Source: a virus (taxonomy: Duplodnaviria; Caudoviricetes). Taken from it: a DNA stretch of 46,052 bases. The notes under the pieces were generated by a model that saw only the letters and a program-made list of their open reading frames with translations, did no database searches and was not told the origin of the DNA. The stretch spans positions 1 through 46,052 of the IMG/VR virus record IMGVR_UViG_3300032250_000128. One strand, written 5' to 3'. Of this stretch, positions 14,899-24,532 are shown one piece after another (the first letter of the stretch is position 1; each line of letters starts with the position of its first letter). The position numbers were made by a program, and so were the translations under genes.

Positions 14899-17400
14899 TC
14901 AATAGCGGCCATCCTCTTGGTATCGATACCTGATGTTCCCAAGTCGCCAGAACGACCCGATATCGTTGCTTTCGACCTTAATCGAAACGAGGCGACCACG
15001 GAAACGGGGCGTTATGAACGTGGTCGCCTGCGTCATGAGGAACGGCCCATATTGGAGGGGCGTCTGGCCGGCGTAGTCGGCCACGAAGAACGTCAGTTGG
15101 ATCTGCGCGTTCTGTGTTCCATCGTAGTATCCCCACTTCATGTCCGGCCAGATCTGGTCAATGAACATCTTCACGTTTGCTTCCGTCAGGACAAAGTAGC
15201 CCGTCTGGAAGCTTGCATTGATGGCCTGACCGTCTGCGTCCGTCGATGTCTCGTGCTGGTAGATGAACTGGTCTGGAGCGGCACCAATCGGAGGACCAAG
15301 AACGCTCTCATTGATCCAAGCCGTCCGGGCCAGCGTTCCGAAGTCCCACTGGTCAAGGATGAAGTTGTACTTGACGTAGTGGCTCACCTCGCCACCGTTT
15401 GATTTGGTCGGATAGAACCACGAGATCTCACCAAAGCGGGAATTTGGCGCAACGCGGATCTTATCGAGATTGTTCGTGTCCAAATCTTGGAAAATAACGT
15501 CCCAAACTGGACAGCGGATGGGCTCAACGCCACCGCCGGCAAGCCGGAAAAACTGGCTCTGGCCCATCCAATAGACCACGCCGTTGATCGACGCAGCCGC
15601 CTTGCGACCAATCAGGCCGCAGCCAGTGCCGAGTTCGTTGAACTGATAGACGTAGGGCGGCCCGACGTACTGCATCGCCCAGATGGCGAGATCCGTCCAG
15701 ATAAGACCTTGCTGCGGCCCCTGAATACCCTGAACAATGCGAGAGCCCTTCGGTATCCGATAGCTGCCGGCCTGATTGGTGACGAGGCCAACCCACGAGT
15801 TGTAGTTGGCGACATCGCACCAGCGAATAAGCAGCGCGTCTTTCACGCCGTTGAACGTGCTGCCGTAGGCGATGATTTGCTGCTGCGGCATCGCCACAAA
15901 GAAGCCCTCGTTGACCTGAGGGGCCTCTGGAATGACGGTCGCAATAGGATTGTTGGCGGACGGAGACCACTCGTAAATAGGACCATCCAGAGGAGACGCA
16001 ATCAACGTCTCTCCCCAGTTATCGAGAGACCAGTCGACTACATTGGTGATCGGCGTGCCAGTTCCGGCGGCAGGGGGAATGCCGGAGCCGTAGCCACCAG
16101 TCCCATAGCCGCCGACGCCGTAACCGGAATTGATTGCAAGCGGCCCAACACCGTTGAAATAAACCAGTCCAGCAAGATTGTTGTTCTCCCGCACAACGCT
16201 GACAAAAATTGTTCCGGCAACAGTCTGAGCGCCTGTCGTTGCGTTGGCGTAAGAGACGCTGCCCGCCGAGGATCGAGTGACCGTGTAGGTGCCGTTGTAG
16301 CCGCCCGGTGTCACGCCCGCCACGACAATCGTGCTTCCCACAGGCACAGTGTAGGTTGAAGCAAAGGTCAGAGTTGCGACAGACCCCGTGCCAGACGTCG
16401 TAAGTGTCGGCGTTGTAGTTGCAGCGTTTGCGGCTTGAATGGTGAAGATATTGGTTGGAGAGCCACTATCCAGAGACTGAACCAGATAGTTTCCGCTAAC
16501 GGTGACGCCGCCCGCCACAACAGGGACAAGGACGGGGAAGGTATCACCAACCTGAAGACCATGGTTGGCAAGCGTGACAGTGACGGTAGAGGGGTTGGTT
16601 GTACTGAAAGCAAAGGATGGTACGGCCCCGCCACCAGACACGGTCGATGTTGCGTATGCTGGATTGCCCAGAACATCGCGCGCCTGAATGGAATACTGGT
16701 TCGCCGAAATCGGAGTGACGCGGTACAGACCAAAAAGGATCAGGCCGCCAACGCTCACCTGTGTCTTGATGTCAACGACATCGAAGGCGTCAAGAGTGCT
16801 TCCCGTGTCGTCAATGGTAACAGTAGAGCTACCCGCTATCGTGCTGAACGACACGGGAACGCCCTGCGCACTGACAATTGTGCCGCCGCTCACATACGCG
16901 CCGGGGTTAGGCGTTTTCGCGTACGAGATGCTGCCCGAACCACCGACAGTCAGAACATACGTTCCGTTATACCCGGATGGGTTTATACCGCTCACGACGA
17001 CGGTCGTTCCCAGCTGAAACGGAAACGAAGTCGAGAATGTCAGTGTCGCGACGCCACCAGACCAAGACGCGCCCGTCACGCCGATGGATGTTGATGCCGT
17101 TGTCGTTTGGGGCGTGATTGTCTTAGCGCCGCCGTCCACGATTGCCGACAGGGACTGATCTGCGCCCACGCCGAGCCATGAGTTGGAGTTGATGTCCTGC
17201 CACGCCCACAGGGCTCGAATGGTCGAGCCGATCTGGTTCGGAAAGAATTTCGTCCAGCCGCCGAGCTTTTGAACAAGGCCACCGAGCGTGCGGTCGGGGA
17301 TGAACCGCACAAAGCTGGTTGTCGAGATTGCGGCCTCGTTGAGGGCCGGGGTCTTGTTTTGATCAACGCCGGGGATGAGACGCAAGGAATTATGGGGCAT
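14899..17400 (-). CDS. Podovirus tail hub / DNA stabilisation (tail tubular B, P22 gp10-like) protein with inserted beta-sandwich repeats
   Basis: 833 aa. Beta-propeller-like C-terminal half (WSLDNWGE, IRWCD, IWTD.AIW.MQY, WRLG..R). Internal GxTVVVxGxxPxGYNGTY repeats. Confidence 0.75.
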   Translation of the reverse strand: MPHNSLRLIPGVDQNKTPALNEAAISTTSFVRFIPDRTLGGLVQKLGGWTKFFPNQIGSTIRALWAWQDINSNSWLGVGADQSLSAIVDGGAKTITPQTTTASTSIGVTGASWSGGVATLTFSTSFPFQLGTTVVVSGINPSGYNGTYVLTVGGSGSISYAKTPNPGAYVSGGTIVSAQGVPVSFSTIAGSSTVTIDDTGSTLDAFDVVDIKTQVSVGGLILFGLYRVTPISANQYSIQARDVLGNPAYATSTVSGGGAVPSFAFSTTNPSTVTVTLANHGLQVGDTFPVLVPVVAGGVTVSGNYLVQSLDSGSPTNIFTIQAANAATTTPTLTTSGTGSVATLTFASTYTVPVGSTIVVAGVTPGGYNGTYTVTRSSAGSVSYANATTGAQTVAGTIFVSVVRENNNLAGLVYFNGVGPLAINSGYGVGGYGTGGYGSGIPPAAGTGTPITNVVDWSLDNWGETLIASPLDGPIYEWSPSANNPIATVIPEAPQVNEGFFVAMPQQQIIAYGSTFNGVKDALLIRWCDVANYNSWVGLVTNQAGSYRIPKGSRIVQGIQGPQQGLIWTDLAIWAMQYVGPPYVYQFNELGTGCGLIGRKAAASINGVVYWMGQSQFFRLAGGGVEPIRCPVWDVIFQDLDTNNLDKIRVAPNSRFGEISWFYPTKSNGGEVSHYVKYNFILDQWDFGTLARTAWINESVLGPPIGAAPDQFIYQHETSTDADGQAINASFQTGYFVLTEANVKMFIDQIWPDMKWGYYDGTQNAQIQLTFFVADYAGQTPLQYGPFLMTQATTFITPRFRGRLVSIKVESNDIGSFWRLGNIRYRYQEDGRY

Positions 17401-17403
17401 GCA

Positions 17404-18117
17404 TCACCTCGTCGGGGTGGCGACAGGCGACGGGGACTGCGAAGACCAAGCAGACGCCTCGTACTTCTTCCTCGCCTCTTCGACAGCAGCGCCCTTCAGC
17501 AAGCCCTGATACTGGCTCTCGTAAGTGATCGCCATTTGAGGGTCGTCGTTCGCACGCCCGAAATTACGCTGGTATGCAGAAATGTAGACCATCGACGCCA
17601 TCACGAAGAGATCGGGCAGGTACTGACTGATGAACGTCGTCGGGTTGCTGACCGAGAGCGACGCCGGCCTGAAGGTGCCTGTGATTTCGACGCGATATGC
17701 CTGATCCGGGAACGGCCCGATCAGGAACACGTTGTCGTTGAATGCGCAGTAGAACTTGGGCAGCCCGGGGGCGCTTGGTGTCCCGTACACCGCGTCAAGG
17801 AACTCTTTCGTCGTCGGCAGGAGCGCGTTTCTGGTTCCAGCGTCCGGGTTCGCCGTACCGGCTGGGGAGATGACGTTGATCTGGTCAGTGACGACGAACG
17901 TGCCCACCGGAACGGTGATCTGCCGGCTACCGACGACGCAGGTCTGCGTGCTGTTTGTGGTGGAAGTGAACAGGAAGTCCAAGTCGCGGTACATCCGCAA
18001 CTCGGCGTAATCAATCATCATGGGCAGGATGGTCAGAAAGTTGGGATCTGACTCCTCGACGACCGCCATCGTCGCAATCTGCGACTTGTATGTTGTGTAG
18101 GTTAAGCCTGTCGTCAT
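17404..18117 (-). CDS. Head-tail adaptor (tail tubular A-like)
   Basis: IDYAELRMYRDL, G.PKFY, GPFPDQAY, YLPDL. Lies directly upstream of the hub gene. Confidence 0.7.
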   Translation of the reverse strand: MTTGLTYTTYKSQIATMAVVEESDPNFLTILPMMIDYAELRMYRDLDFLFTSTTNSTQTCVVGSRQITVPVGTFVVTDQINVISPAGTANPDAGTRNALLPTTKEFLDAVYGTPSAPGLPKFYCAFNDNVFLIGPFPDQAYRVEITGTFRPASLSVSNPTTFISQYLPDLFVMASMVYISAYQRNFGRANDDPQMAITYESQYQGLLKGAAVEEARKKYEASAWSSQSPSPVATPTR

Positions 18118-18157
18118 GATGATCCCGCCGATTTTGCTGGACTTTACACGATTTTGG

Positions 18158-18346
18158 CTACTTGCACCACGCCGCCCGCTTGGCGTTATTGATCTTCACT
18201 TCGGTGATTGTCTGGGGCGTGTCCTTCTGGCTCCAGCTGATTGGCCGCCAGAAGTCGCACTCGTTAATCCCGCCGGTGCCCGTCGTTCTTGAGCAACCCA
18301 CCAGCAGCAATGTCGCGGCGCACAGCATCATCAGCTTGAATCGCAT
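18158..18346 (-). CDS. o-spanin (Rz1-like lipoprotein)
   Basis: Lipobox LLVGC, Cys pair, overlaps the 3' end of the i-spanin. Confidence 0.8.
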   Translation of the reverse strand: MRFKLMMLCAATLLLVGCSRTTGTGGINECDFWRPISWSQKDTPQTITEVKINNAKRAAWCK

Positions 18347-18506
18347 TTTTCGCCCTCCGCTCGCGCTCCCGCGCCTGATCCTGCTCTAAAGCTGCTTTAC
18401 CTTCCGCACGGCCCTTCAGATAGGCCGCCGACAAGATGGACAAGGCGGCTCCAATGGTCGCCAGCCAGCGCCCCACCGGAGAGAAGATCCAACGCAGCCA
18501 GATCAT
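18264..18506 (-). CDS. i-spanin (Rz-like)
   Basis: N-terminal TM helix, YLKGR, then a coiled coil. ATGA-coupled to the endolysin. Confidence 0.75.
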   Translation of the reverse strand: MIWLRWIFSPVGRWLATIGAALSILSAAYLKGRAEGKAALEQDQARERERRAKNAIQADDAVRRDIAAGGLLKNDGHRRD

Positions 18507-19156
18507 GAGGATGTCTCCCGAGCCCACTTGCGGATGCGCTCACGCATAATCCATGCGCCAGCAGCGATGATGACGAACGCCAGACCAATGACAACAAGCT
18601 GCGCGTAGCCGTCCAGTGCGCCAACCGCCGTGGCCGCAGCGCCCGCCCCGGAGGCGATCTGGATGGCGCTGGCCTGCACGGTCTTGCTCTCAGTCAGCTT
18701 CGGCTTTGCGGATTTGCCCTGCAGCCATCGCTTGACGTTGAAGCCCGGACACGCCTTCGCGGCGACCTCGTTGTGCCCTCGGATCTGGGTGATGTTGGCG
18801 CGGGTCTTGATGTCTTGGATAAGGTTGAAGAGAGCGACTTCTTGTTCGTGGGTGTAATGTTCCCCGAAACGGTCGTTCTCGCTCGACCCGTGACCGCCGA
18901 TCAGGCAGATGCCGAGGGAACCAGTGTTGTGGCCGGCGACATGAGCCCCCGGCGTGCTTTCGTCGCGGCCCTCGGCCACCGTTCCATCACGGTCAATGAC
19001 GTGATGATAGCCAATGGTTCCCCAGCCGCGCTTCTTGTGCCAGCGGGTGATCTCCGCGATCTTAGAGGATAGCGGTTTCCCCTCCATCCAATCCGGCTGC
19101 GTGGCCGAGCAGTGGATGAAGACCGTTGTGATTGGTGTGTTGCCATGCTTGAGCAT
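18503..19156 (-). CDS. Endolysin, N-acetylmuramoyl-L-alanine amidase (T7 lysozyme-like) with a C-terminal hydrophobic segment
   Basis: IHCSAT, GWGTIGYH, GAHVAGHN, GICLIGG, GHNEVAAKACPGF. Confidence 0.92.
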   Translation of the reverse strand: MLKHGNTPITTVFIHCSATQPDWMEGKPLSSKIAEITRWHKKRGWGTIGYHHVIDRDGTVAEGRDESTPGAHVAGHNTGSLGICLIGGHGSSENDRFGEHYTHEQEVALFNLIQDIKTRANITQIRGHNEVAAKACPGFNVKRWLQGKSAKPKLTESKTVQASAIQIASGAGAAATAVGALDGYAQLVVIGLAFVIIAAGAWIMRERIRKWARETSS

Positions 19157-19165
19157 CAATAGCTC

Positions 19166-19411
19166 CTATTTATCAGCCTTCTCTTTTCTAAGCTCATCGA
19201 TCTTGCGAAAAATCTCCGCTTGGATGTCTCGAATCTCCTTCAGGACATCCTTAAATTCGTCCTTGCGGATGTAATGACGGGGGAGGTCCACCTCGATCTG
19301 GTGGACATCCTCCTTCAGCTTCTGAACACTGTCCCACAGTTGCCGAGCCAACCAGCCGCCAACGCCGATGGCGAGGCCCGCGAATAGATTGAACAGGAAC
19401 TGCGTGTCCAT
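19166..19411 (-). CDS. Small membrane protein with coiled coil (holin/lysis-associated candidate)
   Basis: N-terminal TM helix and charged helical tail, immediately upstream of the endolysin. Confidence 0.6.
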   Translation of the reverse strand: MDTQFLFNLFAGLAIGVGGWLARQLWDSVQKLKEDVHQIEVDLPRHYIRKDEFKDVLKEIRDIQAEIFRKIDELRKEKADK

Positions 19412-19419
19412 TGCTATCC

Positions 19420-20493
19420 TCACGTCTCGCCCCCATCGCTACGCATGAGGTTCAGATTGTTGAGCAGCCGGGCGTCGTCCGGTGCAAACGAAACAGCGTT
19501 AGTGGCATGATACACTGCGAGGTTTTTCAGGCCAAGATTCCAAGACGAAATGGCCGCCAGATCATGCGGCCAGTAACCCCAAACCGCCGGATCGCAGGTG
19601 TACACAAAGTCCTTGTCCACGACCTTAAGAGCCCGCGTGGATGCCGCAAAGCACTCTTCCCAACGGCTCTGGCGATACATCAGCATGGCGAGATCGCACC
19701 ACGGCTCGCGCGTGTTGGGGGTCTCGCCGCAGGCCATGTGGAGCCACTTCTCGGCCTCGTACGCGTTGCCCAGTTCTTGGTAGGACTTCCCGAGCAAACG
19801 CATCGCGTAGCACCGCTCGTTCTGCCATGTCGCCGCCGGCAGATCCAAGTATCGCTTCAGCGCCGCGATGGCCTCCTCCCATCGATTGTGGAAGGTCAGC
19901 TCTCGGGCATAGTAGAAGGCGTTGCGCGGGCAATGCGGGTCTTCCTGAACCGAAATGGTCAGAAGGTCGATGTACTGGCCACGGCTCTTGGTCGGGTCCG
20001 GGTGGTGCGACACCAGCAGCGCGTCAGTGTCGACCCAGACCTCAGTGATGCGACCATCGGGGACTGGGTACTCGTGGCAGGGATGGTGCCACCGATACCC
20101 GTGCCGGGCGTGGATCTTCTCGTATCGAAACTTGATCCCGCAGCCCCAGTCGAACATGTACCGAAGCCGGGTCGTCTCGCCCAGCTTCCACACGCGCTCA
20201 ATCTCTTCGCGCCATCCGGGTTCCAGAACCTCGTCGATGTCTAGGGAAATACAGACATCGACATCAGCCGGGACAAGAGCAAGAGCAGCATTCCGGGCAG
20301 TATCAAAACGCCAAGGAGAAATGTGGATGCTGTAAACACGAGCCCCACACTCAGCAGCTTTTTCCACCGTGCCATCGGTTGACCCCGTATCTGCGATGAG
20401 GATCAGATCGGCATCTTTGGCGCTTTCACAGAAACGCTCTACGAAGTGCTCTTCGTTCTTGGATATGGCGTAAACGCAAATCTTCAGCGGCAT
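19420..20493 (-). CDS. GT2 glycosyltransferase with C-terminal TPR repeats
   Basis: ISKNEE, DTGSTDGT, FDTARNAAL, DxD motif (LDIDE), HE, helical TPR-like C-terminus. Confidence 0.92.
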   Translation of the reverse strand: MPLKICVYAISKNEEHFVERFCESAKDADLILIADTGSTDGTVEKAAECGARVYSIHISPWRFDTARNAALALVPADVDVCISLDIDEVLEPGWREEIERVWKLGETTRLRYMFDWGCGIKFRYEKIHARHGYRWHHPCHEYPVPDGRITEVWVDTDALLVSHHPDPTKSRGQYIDLLTISVQEDPHCPRNAFYYARELTFHNRWEEAIAALKRYLDLPAATWQNERCYAMRLLGKSYQELGNAYEAEKWLHMACGETPNTREPWCDLAMLMYRQSRWEECFAASTRALKVVDKDFVYTCDPAVWGYWPHDLAAISSWNLGLKNLAVYHATNAVSFAPDDARLLNNLNLMRSDGGET

Positions 20494-20521
20494 CTTTTCT
20501 CCCCCTCAATGCCGGTTACCC

Positions 20522-20905
20522 TTAACTATTCGGTAGGCACGGAACCCACGTCTGCGTGGCCTCATCCCATTCATACATGCCGCCATCGCTCGGATAAGGA
20601 ACAGGCGGCTCCCACTGGAACGTGTTGGTGTCCAGCAGCCAAGACGGGTACGGCTTGGGCGGAATGAACGCGCCATTCGGCGCAGGCGTCGGGTCAAAAG
20701 TGTAGCCAATCCCGGCGTAGTTGTAGCGGAAGTTGGCGTTATAGGATGTCTGCGCCCATCGTGTGTCCGGGCCGAGCAGCGACTGACAGAACGCGATGCC
20801 GACAGGCTCGCTTTCCGGGAACGGGAGGTTGTTCACGTCATTGTTGCTGACAACGATGACCTGAAGGACGGTGTTGTCCTGATCCAATTCTGCGAAGTGC
20901 GCCAT
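20522..20905 (-). CDS. Conserved phage fibre-associated protein
   Basis: MAHFAELD...WAQTSYN..FR.NYAGIGY...F.PPKPYPSW...WEPP.PYP...WDE, a family typically found next to Gly-rich fibres. Confidence 0.8.
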   Translation of the reverse strand: MAHFAELDQDNTVLQVIVVSNNDVNNLPFPESEPVGIAFCQSLLGPDTRWAQTSYNANFRYNYAGIGYTFDPTPAPNGAFIPPKPYPSWLLDTNTFQWEPPVPYPSDGGMYEWDEATQTWVPCLPNS

Positions 20906-20914
20906 GGTCCCCTC

Positions 20915-21772
20915 TTAGAAAGTAATGCTACCTGATCCGGTCCATGTATAGACCCTAAAGCCACCTGCAACCGTGATCGTCGGTGAGCCAGTGGTCGATG
21001 CCGCAGCCGCGAATACGTCGGGGTAGCGGATAACCACGATACCGGAGCCGCCAGCAGCGCCGCCAGAGAAGTTTCCGCCGCCGCCGCCGCCGCCCGTGTT
21101 CGGAGTGCCAGCCGTCCCAGTTGACGGGTTGGTCGCGCCGCCCGCACCACCGCCGCCGGAGCCGCCCGACCCAGCAGTAACTGTGCCAGCGCCGCCACCG
21201 CCGCCGCCGCCAGCGTAAGTTACAGAAGATCCTGAAATAGACGATGCGCTGCCGTTGCCGCCCACTCCCGCAGTGCTCCCAGCAGCCGTTCCACCAACAG
21301 CACTTGCGCCGCCACCGCCGCCGCCAGCGAAGTTTGCAGATGAATTGCTGCCGCCGCCGCTGCTTCCTTCTGCCGGGCTATATCCACCTTGGTTGCCCGA
21401 GCCTCCCGCGCCACCAAAGCGAGAACCAGCGCCAGATCCGCCAGCGCCACCGGCTTGCACGCCGCCGCCACCAGCCGCTGCGCCTGCGCCGCCGCCTGTG
21501 GACGAAATAGAACCAAACGCGCTGCTGCTGCCTTGCGCTGCCGCGCTGCCGCCGCCGCCAACAGTGACGCTGACAGTTGAACCCGGCGTAACAGAGAACC
21601 CTGACGCGGTTCTATAACCACCTGCGCCGCCCCCGCCGCCATAAAATCCGCCGCCGCCGCCGCCCGCAACTACAAGATAGTCAACAGTCGTCGGGGCGCT
21701 CCCTCCACCCATGCGCCGGAATTCGCCGAAGCCCCGAGACGAAAGCGAACCAAGGGTCGAGATGACGGGCAT
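20915..21772 (-). CDS. Glycine-rich tail fibre-associated protein
   Basis: YLVVAGGGGGG...GGGGAGG, NTGGGGGGG, GGSGIVVIRY. Confidence 0.85.
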   Translation of the reverse strand: MPVISTLGSLSSRGFGEFRRMGGGSAPTTVDYLVVAGGGGGGFYGGGGGAGGYRTASGFSVTPGSTVSVTVGGGGSAAAQGSSSAFGSISSTGGGAGAAAGGGGVQAGGAGGSGAGSRFGGAGGSGNQGGYSPAEGSSGGGSNSSANFAGGGGGGASAVGGTAAGSTAGVGGNGSASSISGSSVTYAGGGGGGGAGTVTAGSGGSGGGGAGGATNPSTGTAGTPNTGGGGGGGNFSGGAAGGSGIVVIRYPDVFAAAASTTGSPTITVAGGFRVYTWTGSGSITF

Positions 21773-21781
21773 TGATTAGCC

Positions 21782-22306
21782 TCACGCAAATCTGGTTTGC
21801 GAAGCGAGAACGGTGAACGCAGCGTTCCCGGTCTTGATGATCGTGTAAACATAAGCATCAATTCCGGACACGTTACCACCCGTCCACGCCGTACCCCCTT
21901 GGTACTTCGGCGTCACAGACGAGCCATCAACCTGCACAGCGTTGTTGTAGTAAGCAGTCGTCCCTTGCGTGACCAAGAACGCAACGGTGATGGACTGGCC
22001 CGTAGACATCAGCGTGTTGAGAGACGTGCCGGACGAACCACGGAAGTTCACCGTCCAGTTTGCGGAGGCGTTGCTCGTGTAATAGAGCACAGCCTGCGTC
22101 GTCACGTCATAGTTGATGGTGCCCGTCGCCGCCGTAGCGGAGATGGTCACCACCTCAGCGATGTCGGTGACAATCGCACCGACTGAGGCAGACGTGCCGG
22201 GGATCGACAGCGTGCCGCCGATGGACACGTTCCCGCTGGCGTCGGTGACGATGTTGTTCGTGGCGCTGGAGGGGTGCGTGACGTTGATAGCTTTTAAGGT
22301 GCTCAT
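21782..22306 (-). CDS. Tail fibre module protein
   Basis: Thr/Ser-rich 174 aa, translationally coupled within the fibre cluster. Confidence 0.75.
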   Translation of the reverse strand: MSTLKAINVTHPSSATNNIVTDASGNVSIGGTLSIPGTSASVGAIVTDIAEVVTISATAATGTINYDVTTQAVLYYTSNASANWTVNFRGSSGTSLNTLMSTGQSITVAFLVTQGTTAYYNNAVQVDGSSVTPKYQGGTAWTGGNVSGIDAYVYTIIKTGNAAFTVLASQTRFA

Positions 22307-23274
22307 CAGCGGGCCTCCAGAGTTGCGATGCGGGCTTCCGCCGCTTCTAGCTTCGCGCTGAGTTCCTGAACGGCGGCGACGAGGTGAACGACGATTTTGC
22401 TGTAGTCCACGCCCTGCGGCTTGATGGAGCCGTTTTCGTTTAACCCATCCTTCTCACCGGTCACGGCAAGCGGAATGTGCTCTGCAAGCTCATGGGCGAT
22501 AAAGCCTTCGCCGTAGCTGTCATTGGATTTCCATTTGTAGGTAGAGGGCTTGAGAGCGCCGATGGTCGCAAGACCTCCGGTTAGCGGCTGCATATCATGC
22601 TTGAGACGGTAATCGGACGAGGTGTTGTACGACGTGTTCGTTCCGTTCGTGGTAATACCGCCCACCCCTGCGGGCGTTGAATTCAGGTTGCCGTACCAAA
22701 ACGCAAAATAACTTCCGGCCGCATCGCGCTGCATATATGCGCTGTCAGAACCGCCAGACCTCCCGTTAGAAAAGACACCGTTGGACTGCACACCAAAGCC
22801 CGATCCCGTGGCATATCCGGGCACAAGCCCCGACGTTGATGCAATCAGAACATCGCCATTAGCGGTGACGCGAACACGCTCAGAGCCACCGACGACGGTA
22901 ATAAGGTTATTTCCGGTGTTCGTGAGAAAAGATAAGTTCCCAGAGTTATCACGCAAAACCACTTCCATATTGTTAGAAGCGGTCATGAAGAAGCCGGAGT
23001 CATTTGTGACGCCGGTTGCTTTGATGTGATACGCCCAACCAGCCGATCCAGATGCGCGCTCTGCACTTACTTTACCAATGGGCGTCGTCGTCCCAATGCC
23101 TACGTTCCCGCTGGAATCCATCCGCACCGCCTCCACACCACCCTCTGCGAAGGCGATGGTGTCAGCGGCGGGGAAGAACATCCCGGTGTTCGTGTCGCTG
23201 CCCTGAACGGCGGGAGTGGCCGCAGATCCGTCCGTGCCAGAGATACCCGTGGAGCCGTTGATGATGACTGGCAT
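22306..23274 (-). CDS. Tail fibre with C-terminal intramolecular chaperone (peptidase S74)
   Basis: GNVGIGTTTP repeat, YNTSSDYRLK, GFIAHE, GVDYSKI, terminal coiled coil. Confidence 0.9.
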   Translation of the reverse strand: MPVIINGSTGISGTDGSAATPAVQGSDTNTGMFFPAADTIAFAEGGVEAVRMDSSGNVGIGTTTPIGKVSAERASGSAGWAYHIKATGVTNDSGFFMTASNNMEVVLRDNSGNLSFLTNTGNNLITVVGGSERVRVTANGDVLIASTSGLVPGYATGSGFGVQSNGVFSNGRSGGSDSAYMQRDAAGSYFAFWYGNLNSTPAGVGGITTNGTNTSYNTSSDYRLKHDMQPLTGGLATIGALKPSTYKWKSNDSYGEGFIAHELAEHIPLAVTGEKDGLNENGSIKPQGVDYSKIVVHLVAAVQELSAKLEAAEARIATLEAR

Positions 23275-23465
23275 TAGGCTGCTCCTGAAGCAGGTTGGTC
23301 AGCAGGCGCGATGGTCAGCTCCCCCGCCGCAACCAAAGCCATGATGCTCTGGTAGTCGGTGTTGGCAGGGTCCAGTGGGACGAAGCTGGTCACGCCGTTG
23401 ATGTCGCAGCGGATGCCTGTTGGATTGCCGGATGGGTCGTTGTAGTACTGAGCGTTCGCGTACAT
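23274..23465 (-). CDS. Small tail-fibre accessory protein
   Basis: VPLDPANTDYQ motif, located between fibre genes. Confidence 0.7.
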   Translation of the reverse strand: MYANAQYYNDPSGNPTGIRCDINGVTSFVPLDPANTDYQSIMALVAAGELTIAPADQPASGAA

Positions 23466-23467
23466 GG

Positions 23468-24532
23468 TCAAAGCTCCGCTGACGAAAAAACATCCCTGTT
23501 AAGAGAATAACAATCCCCAGTTCCCGCGCTAACAAGAGAAAATCTTGCACCATAAACTGTTGCACTTTCTGCCGATGGTGGGAAGGTTACAGACGTATTC
23601 GCTTGCGTTCCCCCGCTGGATGATACAGTGGGAGCGGCGCGCATATTTGCCGGCCAAAATATAGGAGTTTCAAAATTCTGGCTACCTGTTGCGGGGAAGC
23701 GGGCTGTTGCTGTTGTTCGACAGTAATACCTCTGACACAGCATCAGCTCCTGCCCGAACTGCCTACGTTCAAACGGTGTGGCGGCGGTGCCGACTTCAAG
23801 CTGGACGTTGTCAATATCCCAAGTGCCGCTGGTCTGCGCGCCAACGGTGAATAGGATTTCAATTCCTGTGGTTGCGGCTGACGGCACCGCAATATTAACG
23901 GAGTAGCGCGTCAGCGTGCTAGTGACGGTGAAGGTGCCAGTGGCAATTTGCGTTTTGGTGGGCGTGCCGATGGTGCCGAATGTGTCGGTTGTATTGGCGT
24001 AACTTGCCGTCCATGTCACCGTCGTCAGCAGAGAATTGGCAAGCTCGACCGAGAGTGTGCAGGTCTGCCCAGCAAGGTCGATGCTGTTGTTGGTTTCGAT
24101 ACGCTGGCCAACACCAACTGCGGTAACAGACGCAGCCCCGGTAATCCGAAGAAGAAAAGGAGTAGCCCCGGTTGCAGCCACTTGGGCGGCCGTGACATTC
24201 GCGCCAGTGCTATAGACGAAGAAGCGGTCAACGCAGGGATAGCCGGCGCTGGCCGTGGGAACGCCCGTACCAGCCGTAACGGTGGCAGATGTCGCTCTCT
24301 GGGATACGAACATCGCCCCGTTGATGATGCGATTCCGCAGGAACGAAGAAGACGGGACAAGAGCGCCCGTGACAGACAGATTATCAGCGGTCGTTGTCCC
24401 CGTGAACGTCGGGCTTGCGTTCAGGACCACCGTACCATTCACGTTAGGCAGGGTCAGGGTCGTGCTGCTCGCAGCCGCGCCTGCGTCTAGCGTAACCCCG
24501 CCGCCCCCGGTGCCTTTGATACTTACGGGCAT
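23468..24532 (-). CDS. Tail fibre / carbohydrate-binding-like protein
   Basis: RNRIINGAM.VSQR, DRF, VQLEVGTAATPFERR..QEL.LCQRYY, MRAAPT, terminal SAEL. Confidence 0.85.
   Translation of the reverse strand: MPVSIKGTGGGGVTLDAGAAASSTTLTLPNVNGTVVLNASPTFTGTTTADNLSVTGALVPSSSFLRNRIINGAMFVSQRATSATVTAGTGVPTASAGYPCVDRFFVYSTGANVTAAQVAATGATPFLLRITGAASVTAVGVGQRIETNNSIDLAGQTCTLSVELANSLLTTVTWTASYANTTDTFGTIGTPTKTQIATGTFTVTSTLTRYSVNIAVPSAATTGIEILFTVGAQTSGTWDIDNVQLEVGTAATPFERRQFGQELMLCQRYYCRTTATARFPATGSQNFETPIFWPANMRAAPTVSSSGGTQANTSVTFPPSAESATVYGARFSLVSAGTGDCYSLNRDVFSSAEL

Noticed and set aside
20915-24532. Diversity-generating retroelement acting on fibre genes
   Set aside because: No reverse transcriptase, and no template/variable repeat pair differing at adenines was seen.
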